A DNA stretch of 63,681 nt, the filler included. It is 15 parts of 15 records of this genome, joined end to end, with 100 filler letters (N's around TTAATTAATTAA, not from the genome) between each part and the next. Parts side by side here need not be neighbours in the genome. Positions count along the whole stretch, not along the records: positions 24,222 to 27,245 come from SRR15195285_11936; positions 27,346 to 33,158 come from SRR15195285_11978; positions 33,259 to 37,475 come from SRR15195285_11995; 12 more parts are not named here. The stretch is one strand, 5' to 3'. Every line of letters begins with the position of its first letter. The first letter of the stretch is position 1. The notes beneath the pieces are model-generated. The model was not told the DNA's origin and ran no database searches. It saw only the letters and a list, made by a program, of their open reading frames with translations. Of the stretch, positions 24,568-35,950 are shown piece by piece. The position numbers and the translations under genes were made by a program.

Positions 24568-25903
24568 ATGGTGAGCATCCAGCCGCTGCAGGGCTCCTCC
24601 TTCGGTGCGGAGGTGCACGGCCTCCACCTGCCAGTGCAGGGGCAGCAGCAGCAGCAGGAGCTGAGGCAGGCGTGGTACGGCCACGGCGGGCTGCTGGTCT
24701 TCAAGGGGCTGCCGCCGGACGCGGGTGCGTCTGCGCAACCGGCTCTGCTTGGAGCCGCAGCAGTAGCCGCCGCAGCAGCAGCCACCGCCGCCCTGCGTTC
24801 GCTCTGCGAGTCCTCTCGTGTGCGGCTTGCTGCTCTGCGTGGCAGCTCTGTTTGCGGGGGGGGTGATCTCGTCTAGTAGTGCCGCCATTAGCACCGCGCG
24901 GGGTGGCGTTTGTTGAGCATGATGGGCGGTGCTGGTGTCCACATGCAGAAGGGCTGGTGGCGCTGGCGCGGTGCTTCGGGACGGTGGAAGACATGGTGGA
25001 GACACGCACGGCGCCGGTGCTCGTGATGCCAGGCCAGACGGAGATCTTTCTCGTGCATGGTGCTGACTTCTCGCGCAAGCCCCCCGCGCCCCCCGAGGGT
25101 GGCGACAACAGGTACAAAAGACAACCGTCACTCACTCTGCGGAGCGCAAGATCAGGCACATACTGATGGTTGCACCTGTGTGGTTTTGTCGCAGCGTCGT
25201 GCAGTTCCCCGAGCGGAAGGGCTGGCACTCGGACCAGAGCTTTCGGCGCCCCCCGCCGGACGGTAGCCTGCTCTACTGCGCGCGGCCGGCGCTGCCCAAC
25301 CAGGGCAGGACGCTCTTCTGCGATGCCAGTGCCGCGTATGAGGGCCTCCAGCAGTCCGAGGCCGCGCAGGTGGAGCAGATGGAAATCATCCACTGCATCA
25401 CGAGCGCCGGGCGGAGCGAGGCCAGCGTGCGCAGCGGCAACATCCAAAACAGCCGCAGCGACGAGGGCGCGCGGTATCTGCAGCCGGTACACCAACCAGC
25501 TGTGCGCGTCCACCCTGTGACAGGCCGCAGATCGCTGTACCTGGTGATGGGGCAGGCCGACTGGTTGGACGGGCCAGTGGCTGGCATGGAGCCTGGCCCA
25601 GATGGCGCTGGCGCAGATGCCCTCCGCAAGCTGATGTCCCACGCAACGCAGCCACGCTTTGTCTACTCCCACGAGTGGAGCGCGGGTGACTGCGTTCTCT
25701 ACGACAACCGCTGCCTGCTGCACGCGGCCACTTGGTTCGACGAGAGCGCCGCGAGAAGAGAGATGTGGCGACTCACAGTGACCGGAAACCCTGGCCCGCA
25801 GTTCGAGCAGGAGGTTCCATCGTGGCAGCAGCTAAGTAGCTCATCCACTAGCCAAGGTGCAGCCGGTCAGCCATCGTCGGTGGCAACGACATCTCGGCTG
25901 TGA
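24568..25903 (+). CDS. TauD/TfdA family Fe(II)/2-oxoglutarate dioxygenase; 2 introns
   Basis: SFGAEVHG, HGGLLVFKG, HxD motif WHSDQSF, GRTLFCD, HPVTGRRSLY, HEWSAGDCVLYDNRCLLHAA. Confidence 0.9.
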
Positions 25904-26165
25904 AGAACTACCACCACCTGCGCTGCTAGGTGATGGCGTCGTGCGTACGAACTGTTTGCATTGATATACACACAGCTGCGTACAGCTCGTACGTACAGCG
26001 GAAAATAATCGCAGGGGTAGGTGAAGACCCGTGGTACAAACACCGAGAAACTAGGGCGCAACTATAGTGGTAGCCTGCCGCTTGGGTGTAGCCAGCACCA
26101 CGCGTTTCGTGGCGCACGGCGCCGACTCCAGTGGGACAGGTGGTGGGGCAGCTTTCGCACCAGGC

Positions 26166-27245
26166 TCATTTGGTCAGTGATGAGCACGCGACTGCGAAGC
26201 CTTGGAGCGGCGACAGCGGCGGCCCACACAGCAATGTAAACTCGTCATCGGCTGTCTTGCCCAACCTGCGCAATGTGCAATGCATACGGGGAACATGCGA
26301 ACAACTCAGACAATCGTGTGGCAGCGTAGACTGGGAATGCCTTGTGTTGCGGCGTGTGCGTCGCACCTCAGCGCACAGTCTGCCTCGCCCTTCGACACCG
26401 CTCCACCAGTTCCAACCCACCCGCCCGCCGCCTCACCAGCCACAGTGTCTGCCGGCGCCGCACCAAAGCCTGCGTTTGCTGCCGACACCGGCGCATCTTG
26501 CCGCAGCGCGAGATTCTTGACCGATGCGCGCATCCCTGGAACTGGCGAGGAAAGCGACGCCATGAGAGCTGCTTCACCGCCGCCTCCATCGAACGCGCTG
26601 CTGCCGCCGCCACCTCGAGCGCGGTCGCCGCCCACGCCGACTGGCTCCACAGAGAAGAGCGGTGGAATGGCCGAGAACTGCAACCAGCCGCGACGGTCGC
26701 CCGGATCGGCGCCCTCGGAGCCAGTTGGCTGCGAGCTATGCGGTTCACCCCTGCAAGGCACGCAAGCGCGGCTGTCAGGCGCCAGTGGCGCGCGCGCCAA
26801 CAACAGCCAGAGAGCGCGCGCGGCTTCGTGCGCACATCGCTGACGGTGAGAAGGGCATCAGCGTTTCCGCCGCCGCGCGCGCCGGCAGCAGCATGGTCAG
26901 CTGACGCGTGCCGTCCGGCAGATTCTTCTTGCCGTAGCGAAGCTCCATCGCGCATAGTTTGGGCGCCTTCTTGCTGCCGCGCCTCATATACAGGCCGTCT
27001 GACTCCAGTTTCCCGAGGTCTGGCGACGGCAGCAGGCGCGGGGTTACTTACGGATGCGCGCGGCTGAGCGGGGAGGGGCGCTGCAGTGGGAGATGGGGTG
27101 GGGCTGACAGGAGTCGGCATCCTTCCCCGGCGTCAATCCAGTCAGCGCCGACTGATCCGTGTAGATCCGCATGAACGAGGAGATTCCGCCGCCTTCCGCC
27201 CGCGCCGCCAGCAGGAACTGGCCGTCGTAGTCGCGGTGCAGGCTG
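26166..27245 (-). CDS. Divergent Tubby C-terminal domain protein; 5'-truncated; spliced
   Basis: Tubby blocks occur in order: QFLLAAR, ELRY..GTRQLTMLLP, RASVKNLAL, LGKTADDEFTL..PLSPLQGFAVACSSL. Confidence 0.7.
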
Positions 27246-27509
27246 NNNNNNNNNNNNNNNNNNNNNNNNNNNNNNNNNNNNNNNNNNNNTTAATTAATTA
27301 ANNNNNNNNNNNNNNNNNNNNNNNNNNNNNNNNNNNNNNNNNNNNCGCGATTCAAATGTACTAATAACACATGTACTAGTACGCGTATACGCGCACGCAC
27401 GCGGACGGAAGTATATAGTCGCGATATACATGTACGCAGTGACCGGCGCGCGCGTCGAGCTCGAGTTGGCAAGACCACGACCCACCCAGGTTCCCGCTTC
27501 CCGGGCCCC

Positions 27510-30500
27510 ATGCTGCGCCCAGTGCCATCGTTGCTGCTGCTGCCGCTGCTGGTGATGTCGTCTGAGTCGTCAGCTGCATCTACAGCGTCCGCGCCATTGG
27601 CACGTGCAGCTGCAGCGCCGGTTGGGCCTGGAGTGCGTCTGCCGCTCGAGCTGGAAGGCAAGCTCGAAATCAAGCGTAGTACTGGGGAGCCACCGTTCAC
27701 AGTGGGCGAGGCGTATTCGTGCGTGTTCGGGCGTGCTGGGCAGTTCTCGCTGCACATGCCACCGCAGGACTACCACAATCTTGGCGTGCACACGAAGGGC
27801 CGCGGCACCGCGACGGACGCCGACACCCTTGTCTGCACAGTCCCGAGGGTGGTGACCGCAGGCAACACCACCGTCTGCGTGATGCCGCCTAACGCGACCG
27901 ACACACACTTTCCCGCGTTCCGTCCGATGGAGGACGATCGCGACCAGCAGCGACCAGCCGACGTCGCTGAAGGCAAGCATGTCACGTGTGGGGTCACACC
28001 GTGTACGCATAGCGAATGTGGCTCGCACTTTTACTCGTCGACCTTGTGGAGTATCGGTCTCAATAAGCGCACTGCTGTCGTTCGCAGATGTGCCGAGATT
28101 CTTTGAACACTTCGCGCTGTTTGCGCCAGCATTTTCGCGCCGCCCGTACTTCCGGGAGACCGAGGGTGCGCTCATCGTGGAGCTGGACCTGCCGGCGCTC
28201 GCTGGAAAAAAGATCACCCTCAGCGTAAATTTCAATGACGGCGAGATGGGAGACGCGATGAATACTGCTGGCACCACACTCGTCACCAGCACCATGACAG
28301 TACCGGCGTTGAGCTCGCCCCTGGCGCGAGAGAGCTGCGATGCCCACGGACATTGTCGCCCCGTGCTGCCACTTCGCATTCCTTTTGCGCTAGACAAGGT
28401 TCCTACCAGTTTCGATGACGACACTACCATCAAACTCCAGCTCTCCGGCAGCACCGCGGCAGTTGCTACACACACGCGCCGGCTGATCCGCGCCGCGCCG
28501 CCCCGCGACGGGTCGGGGGTTGCAACATTCCAGGTCGACCACGAGACACAGGCGCTGCTTCGAGATGGCGTCCCGTTTATCATGTCTGGATGGTTCGCTG
28601 GCGGCTACGGGTTTGAATCTGCAGGTCTCCCACCCGCAACATTCATTGGGGGGACTTTTGAGGCGAAGGACAACCCAAGCTATCTGGACGTGTTCGGGCA
28701 GGCCTCGCTAGTTTCGCAGTGGGGTCGCAATGGCATCACTTTCGTCCGTGCTGGTAGCTGGACTGATCCTTCGCTCGCAAAGGTCTACCTTGATGCTGCC
28801 GCTGCTTCAGGCGTATCTGTTCTCTGGAACGTTGGCGTTGACACCGCAGCGCGCGCGAGTAAGTCAGGCCGTCGGTATGAACGCACATGTTGCTGCTTTG
28901 TCGCGATCCTTCTCTAAGACGATGATGTTTCCATTCATTCTCTGTATACAGTGGGGCGGATCCTCGACACGAAAACGAATTTGACTCAATGTGGAACAGA
29001 GCCAACTGCAGACAACTGGGAGGCTTGTGCTAACGATCTTATTGGCTACGTCAAGGGCAACGTCACAATGGTGATGAACCATACTGCGGTGGGTGGGTAC
29101 TACGCATGTGACGACTGTTGCCACATGCCAGTGCTTAACGAGTATGGAGATGTTGAGTACCGTATGGAAGCTGCTGTCAAGGCAATCATTCGCGAGATCG
29201 ATCCGTGGCGACTGATGTTCGGATCGATAGCATGTGGAGAGACCTGGTACTGGACGGAGGAGGGTGCAGGGTTAGCGATGGATGTGATGATGAAAGAAGG
29301 CTGTGAGTACAAGCATCCCCTGCCTTCTGTGTGCGGCTTTTCTTCGCTGCATCTGCGTTTTTCGTTGCGGCACACAAGTTTCCATACCTTACTTTGTTGT
29401 GCATCTGCTGCATGTGTTTATGCAATCCATCGACGGACCATTTCGCGACTCGTCAAAATGTCACAGATGCTGGTGCAGTTGGGAATGGCTTTCCATACCC
29501 TGCCCAGTACCGAGTCTTTCCGATGACTTTCGAGCCACTAGTGCTGATGCCTGACCCGGCGTCACTTTCTACCCCACATGTGTATCGTGCACATTCGTAT
29601 TCCGGCGCAGCGGTTGCAGGGATGTTCCACACGAATGCATTCGTGGAGAATAACTGGCAGTTTGGTGACTGGCAGGTCGGGATGGCAGTCGCGCAGTACT
29701 CGGCAGAGATGACCGAGCTGCTCCCAGCCTTTACTTCGCGTGAACGATTCTTCCCAACTGATCCGCCAAGGCCACAGGTCACAGTATCTGGCGCGGTTGG
29801 CATGCCACTCGGAATGGACGTGGAAGAGTCGTACACGCTAGTTGCAAAGGTGCTGACGGAGCAGATGCCAGCTCGCGGCGTGACGGCAGACTACTACTGC
29901 CACACTCTCGTCACGGTAAATCCGCATTCAACACCTTGTGTTGGCAAGTTCAGTTTGAGTGGTCTGTTGGCTGGGTCTGGGCTGCCAGACGATTTTCCAG
30001 TGCACCAGCTGCAGGCACAACGTTTGTTCAACGGCCAGTACCTCACAAACTTTACCTTTGAAAATGGGTCCGCCGTTCTGACCGACCTGCTCGACGAGCG
30101 CACCGCCAACGTGTATCATATTGGTTGCGATACTGCTACATTTGCAGATTCCAATCGCTCCGAAAACCTGATTGTGGATGGAGATATCGAAACTTTGTCA
30201 GATCCTGGGGCGCCGGGGCATCTGCTCATGATCGAGCATCCAAAAGGAGTGTCTAGCAAACCCACCTCAACGTCTTATGCTGCGGTGATGAGCATTGGAT
30301 TAAATCGATCTGACGATCGCACGCGGATAACCTCGTCTCTTGCGGAGCCGTACGATGGCCGCTACTCTGCCAAGGTTAATCTTGCTGCGGCAACGCCAGT
30401 GCGAATCTCTCTGCCAGTCCTCCTCCCGCTGTCAGCGCATCACGCAGCAACTCCAGACTACGATTTTCAGTTGTGGGTTCGGAGCTCTCCACCTGGAGTG

Positions 30501-30764
30501 GCAGTCGAGCTGGCGAGTACTATGTTTGAGTTTCTGCCATCACTTCACAGCCATGTGGTTGCCAGTGACATCATCAGTGCAACTAGTTCCTGGAGCTCTG
30601 TGAAGGCCACCTTGCGCTTGAAGAACGCGACGGCGCCAGCATCCAACTGTAAAGTCCCGCCGTATCCGCCGTGTGATTTACCACTGGAGGTGAGGCTGAC
30701 GTCGCCACTAGAGGTAGGTGGCACAGTCTTTCTCGACGGTATTTCTCTGCATCTCAGGGCGTGA
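27510..30764 (+). CDS. Large secreted uncharacterised glycoside-hydrolase-like protein with CBM-like C-terminal domain; 3 introns
   Basis: Signal peptide; introns 28003-28087, 28859-28951 and 29304-29467 give a continuous frame; LLRDGVPF..GWF, GYYACDDCC, IREIDPWR resemble clan GH-A barrels; C-terminal NLIVDGDIE...GRYSAKV...VFLDGISL resembles CBM4/9. Confidence 0.55.
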
Positions 30765-30945
30765 ACACTGACAGCCTGTCTCCAGAACGGGAAGCGGGCA
30801 GGATTGGTATGATCGGTACTGACTAACATGATAAACTAAAATGCGATCAATCCAATCTCTAGCCTGCGCAGTGTTTGTGGATGACAATTTTCATATGTAT
30901 TCACGTGACTCAACTTGGCTTGCGATAGTGCGCGGCGATCAAAGC

Positions 30946-32766
30946 TCAGCTGTGAGTAGATGCTGACTGCGTCCGGAGGCAGTGCTGCGACCACCAGCTC
31001 TCCACATCGACCAGGGTCAGTCCACCGTCATTGTCAGAGCCAGCAACCTCAGCTGCCAGAGTTTCCTTGAGCCGGTTGATCAACCCTGATCCACGTAGTT
31101 CGCGCAATTCTGCCGCTACGTTGCTATTTTCGGTAAAGGGGGCCGAAGAAAAGTTGCTGTCCGCTGCCAAAAACCTGGTAATTTCGGCTTCCGTTAGCCG
31201 CCCAGTGCCTTTCGTATCACATTTGGCGAATGCCTCGCGGAGGTGCTCTATGCGCTCAAAGTAGGAGGCAGCAGCTGCCACGACAAAGTCAGCCGCAATA
31301 ACCTGGTGTCGCTGCTTTACAAATCTAAACAGTGCCGAATGCAGTGCGCTGACACTCTTCTGTGGAAGCTCCCCGCTTGCGGCGGCGGCAGGTGATGCCA
31401 GATGACCAAGCTGAGTGAGGTAGTGCTGCAATACCAGCAGCCTTTCATCGCCCACCGCAGGCGTCAGATTTCCTACGTATCGCTTAGGCGGCAGCTCCAT
31501 GTTGCGCATTTCCATCAGATCTGCTGCTGCGGCGCCTAACGTGTCTACCACGTTATTATGCAGCTGCTCGAAGTCCGTGTAGCGCTTCTCGCCCTGCCAC
31601 ACCTCAGTTCCGACCGAAACTTCATACTCGTAGATCAGGTATGGCCGTGCGAACATTCCGTGGGCCTCCTGGCGCCGGTGACCACATAGCTTGATCATAC
31701 CGAGTACTATTGAGCTATCGTCATTCTCACTGCTTGTGCGGATTTTGGAAAAACCTGCAGCAGAGTGTAGCGGTGCCACCACGTCCTGAGCGTGTTGGTC
31801 GTCACGTTGAGAATCGGAATGGTAACAGCTCAGCGCTGCATTACCCAATGGAGTCGTCGCAAGATCAACTGCCATTACTACGCGCTCTGGTGACACTGCA
31901 GCGCTGCGTCGCGATCGCAAGTCTACTGGGCTCAAAGTCGGTTCCGTCCCTGCCTCCGCCAGCCGCTGTAGAAGCTCAGCTCGAGACTCTTCCTGTGTTG
32001 CCACGCGATCCTGCAGCTCAGACAGCGCCAGTCGATACGTTTCTTGCTTTTTCTGGGCCGCTAGTAGCCTGCAAATGGCATGCATCCCGTGCAATGCCGC
32101 TCGAAGCCGCGCACTGCGCCATCGGTCAACCAGCCGCCGCGCCCGCGCAGCAGACCGGCAGTGCGAGCACCAAGCTCGGAAAACGTCTCCACGTGCATTC
32201 AGCTCTATCCGCCGCGCGAGCACCTCCACACGTTGACAGACCGTGTCGTTCGGTCGTTCAGTGTTGCCACGGTTCTTGCGGTTGGCTGTCTCCGCTTCCC
32301 GCGCGGCTGCTAGACGCTCTGCTGAGCGCTTCTCTGCCCGCGCCAAAGGCCCGCGTACATGGCCTCGAGCCTTTGCCAGCATTGCGTGCAGTTCGCGCAG
32401 AGCCTGCTCGTCCCCGAGCTGCGGGGAGTCAGCCCGACCTATGATCGCCTCGATCTCTGCAAGCAGCTCGTTTTCTATCTGCCGCAGATTCGCTGCGGCG
32501 GAGCGCGCCGTTGCCACCTCCGCAGCCGCCAGCTCCGTTTCCGCAGAGGTGCTGCGCCGGACCACGACCGCGAGCCCGTGGGCAGCTTCAGGCTTGGCGT
32601 CAGCCGCCACCGCAAGCACTGACTGCGCCATCTGCTCGGCGCCATCGCAGCCGATCCGCGCCGCCGTCACCATCAAACCCCTGGTAGCGGGTGCAAGGCT
32701 GCAAGCGCCGTGGCGTCGCAGCTGCTCAAGACGTCCACGGTCCCCACTGCTGGCCGCCGTCTCCAC
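30946..32766 (-). CDS. Coiled-coil + PX domain + EF-hand protein (true start uncertain)
   Basis: PX motifs YEYEV..W..EKRYTDFEQLH, LPPKR, ERLLVLQHYL; EF loops DTKGTGRLTEAEI and DNDGGLTLVD. The ORF begins at GTG, so an upstream exon or a later ATG is likely. Confidence 0.75.
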   Translation of the reverse strand: METAASSGDRGRLEQLRRHGACSLAPATRGLMVTAARIGCDGAEQMAQSVLAVAADAKPEAAHGLAVVVRRSTSAETELAAAEVATARSAAANLRQIENELLAEIEAIIGRADSPQLGDEQALRELHAMLAKARGHVRGPLARAEKRSAERLAAAREAETANRKNRGNTERPNDTVCQRVEVLARRIELNARGDVFRAWCSHCRSAARARRLVDRWRSARLRAALHGMHAICRLLAAQKKQETYRLALSELQDRVATQEESRAELLQRLAEAGTEPTLSPVDLRSRRSAAVSPERVVMAVDLATTPLGNAALSCYHSDSQRDDQHAQDVVAPLHSAAGFSKIRTSSENDDSSIVLGMIKLCGHRRQEAHGMFARPYLIYEYEVSVGTEVWQGEKRYTDFEQLHNNVVDTLGAAAADLMEMRNMELPPKRYVGNLTPAVGDERLLVLQHYLTQLGHLASPAAAASGELPQKSVSALHSALFRFVKQRHQVIAADFVVAAAASYFERIEHLREAFAKCDTKGTGRLTEAEITRFLAADSNFSSAPFTENSNVAAELRELRGSGLINRLKETLAAEVAGSDNDGGLTLVDVESWWSQHCLRTQSASTHS

Positions 32767-33461
32767 GTGTATTCTGCATTACAGCTGTACCACCGGTGCT
32801 ACAGTACATGTATACTATTCGAATAGTACTATAGCCGCATACTCAGGAAGAGTATGTTTATGTATCTGCATTGCTTGTTCTCCGAGCCAGCCGAGTAGTC
32901 CGGAGTAGAGTTCGGAATTTGCGGTTGCCCACAAAGTTTTGCACCTCCACTTCGGTACTGTACTCTGCGGAAGTACAGTAGTCAGTACTCAAGTACCGTC
33001 AACGGGTAAGGAAATTGTATTCAAGACGTACCTTCTACTAGTGTAACAAGGTAACACCAGTTCTGCATTATCCGGTCAAGGTACACCATTGCTGAGTCTC
33101 CCCTTGCTTAATTGCCCGTCGTGTAGCGCATCATCAGCAGTGTGCGCCTCGAGCAGCTNNNNNNNNNNNNNNNNNNNNNNNNNNNNNNNNNNNNNNNNNN
33201 NNTTAATTAATTAANNNNNNNNNNNNNNNNNNNNNNNNNNNNNNNNNNNNNNNNNNNNGACAATTGTGATTAATACACATGATTCACTGTTCACGGATAT
33301 GATACGATATGATACAATCCTCCTCTGAGGAAGACAACGGCACCAACGTGTATATATATATACCGCGGTACGCGAATTTACGCGCCGCGCGCGGTGGTCG
33401 CGCGACGGACCTGCGTGGCGGCTGCCACGGGCGTGGCGGCGTACAGCGTTGCAGACAACTT

Positions 33462-35854
33462 ATGGAGTGGTCGCTGCCATCCCTCCTGTATGTCAGTGTA
33501 TGTATCATGGCGGCCGCTTCATCTCCTCACGGTGGGGGCCTGCAGCAGCTGACCGGCGGCGTCCCTTTTCCCTCACCGACCACCGTGTAAACACCACTCC
33601 ACTCAATGATTCACCACCATCAGTGCTTGTGCTTGCCATTCACGCTGGCATACGTCTACTATGAACAAATGGTTCGCCAAACGTCAGCTGCCCTCCTGCT
33701 TCCACCTGGTTTAGATGTTGTTGGCTCGGAGCAGGTACCCGAATACGCCCTGGCCATTGCCGAAGCAGATGACAATGGGTGAGCAGACGGTTGTGCTGGC
33801 TCAACGATTGACGTTGTCCTGTGACACCGCTCCTGGGTGTGACCCAGCTGCGTGTGATCCCAACGGGACCGTCAACAAAGCTGTGACCCGCTATGAGCCG
33901 ATCTTGTCTCCAGCCCGAGCACCGTCGCCGGACAACAGTGAAACCATTTTAGACAAGATCCAAGTGTGCGTTGACGATGCTTCCGAGGCACTGGGTCCGG
34001 AGATGAACGAAACCCATGCATTGTCTGTTCCTACGGTATCGGGAGAGCCCGTGCAAATAACTGCTGCGTCGCAGCACGGTGTGTTGCGGGCTTTAGAATC
34101 CCTGGCCCATCTCGTTTCGATCTCACACCCCGGCCGCATCACTACCGCTCCCGTGGAAATCACTGACAGCCCTCGTTGGGGCACGCGTGGTGTGCACGCA
34201 TCCGTTTAGCAGCCATAGTTCTAGCTACATTCACCATGCTCAGCGGCCACCCTGAGTGGTGGCATGTCCCATGCAGGGCTCATGGTCAATCCAGCTGGTC
34301 GATTCATGTCCGTTGCATTCTTGAAGCGAGTTGTAGACGGGCTGGTGGTCAACAAGATGAACTACCTCCACATCCACTTTACAGACGTCAGCTCGTTTCC
34401 GATCGCCTCCGATACTTACCCACAGCTGTCGCGAAAAGGCCGGATCTCCCGACTGGTGTGGAAAAGCTCTGACACCGACGCAGTTTACGCCAAGGCGGAG
34501 CTGCGTTCCCTCGTTGCATACGCAGCTGACAGGGGGGTCAGAGTCGTTCCGGAGATCGAGTAAGCTGTCGGCATCCTTGACCGTTCCACAAAGACGGTCG
34601 GGACCTTCGTTTTGTACTTTTGGTGGCGAGGGTCTCATTCGTTCATCTCGTATGGTGGTGGTGGTGCAGTATGCCGGGTCACGGAGCTTGGAACTATGGC
34701 ATGCCAGAGATTTGTCTCACGAGCTGCCCGTCTGTGCTCGACGTAACTCAGGCCAAAACCTACGACGTCTTGACCAATTTTCTGGGTGAGCTAGCCGATG
34801 TATTTCCAGACCCAGTGCTGATGCTCGGGGGTGACGAGGTCGGGCTGTCCTGCCATGACCCAGCCACTGGAAAACCATTGCTTTCGACCGCATTCGATTT
34901 GGATCTGGCAGCTGCGGCGCGGATGAAAACTTTGGGGATCAACAGCTCTACCGCAACAGATTACTTCTGGCGTCAGATCTCTGGAAAAGTAATGCAGTCT
35001 AAAAAGCTCAAGAACAAAACGTTGCAAGTCTGGTACTGCCCTGACTGTCACACTGGCGATCCACCACTTGAGCAGATGCCGACGGCAACCGTGGCTGATG
35101 TGTGGGGTGCACTCGACTACGCTGCAACTGCGTGCAAGTGCGCATAATTATGCAATCATGCATGGAAATTTCCGTATCTGTTAATTGTAGGCGTGGCATT
35201 CTGACAACATTACACGGTCGTAACGCTTTTTGTAGGTCTGGTTACCGGTCCGTTATGTCAATGTCACGCGGACCTAACGTGACCCGAGGCGAGGGTGGAA
35301 CCGGTTGGTATCTCCCACCATATGGCGGAACGGATGGTGGAATTTGGCCCGGTACGTGGCAGCGAGATCTGGACGCAGAGCTCGGGTCGCGTGGCTGCGA
35401 CAAGAAAGGGCGTGACACCCTGGTGATGGGTGGGTCGGCTGCAGCATGGTCATCGGACTCATCGACATTCGAGTAAGCAGCTGTTGGAAGTCTAACTCTT
35501 CCGCAAAGAAAGCCGTTAAATTTCGTTCTGTTATTTTGCTGGCGAGAGGCTAAGTTGTACACGCGGTACGGTTGTAGCTTCTATACGTGGTCAGGCACTA
35601 TCGGCGTCGCAGAACGGCTGTGGGTTGGCTCTGGCACGACTGGTTCGGATGTGTTCAACCTCACTAATGCCTTGCCAAGACTCGCAGTGCACGCTTGCCG
35701 TATGAAGACCAGGGGTTTCACTGTTTCACAGTACGCGCCGAGCACCTATGCGATGAGCGGAATGAGCCACTGGTGCACTGGAGGAGCGGGTGGCACAGCC
35801 ACGAACGGCAATTTGTGCGCTGCGTGTCCCGCCGAATGGGACTGGCCAGTTTGA
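33462..35854 (+). CDS. Secreted GH20 beta-N-acetylhexosaminidase; 5 introns
   Basis: Introns 33587-33734, 34190-34276, 34560-34669, 35138-35235 and 35473-35577 give PWPLP, DSPRW..RGLMV, NKMNYLHIHFTD, VVPEIDMPGH, catalytic LGGDEV and AERLW. Confidence 0.9.
34560..34669 (+). mobile_element. Introner-like intron, family B copy 1
   Basis: 110-nt intron alignable along its length with 35473-35577 (shared GTAAG, CTGTyGG, TTCCrCAAAGA, TTCGTTyTGT, TTTTGsTGGCGAG). Confidence 0.65.
35473..35577 (+). mobile_element. Introner-like intron, family B copy 2
   Basis: 105-nt intron similar to 34560-34669; both are phase-2 introns placed directly after TCGA. Confidence 0.65.
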
Positions 35855-35950
35855 TGGATGGTAGTGTTAGACAAGCATCAGACGAATTCCGATCCTGTTG
35901 TTCGATGTTATTCATGATCTGTCACTATCTAGTCCGGGTTCGAACCGGGT

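Noticed and set aside
24701-25723. Long antisense or overlapping ORFs (e.g. 24701-25723, 27570-28583, 51692-52543, 55128-56018)
   Set aside because: Shadows of real GC-rich genes on the opposite strand, with no recognisable motifs.
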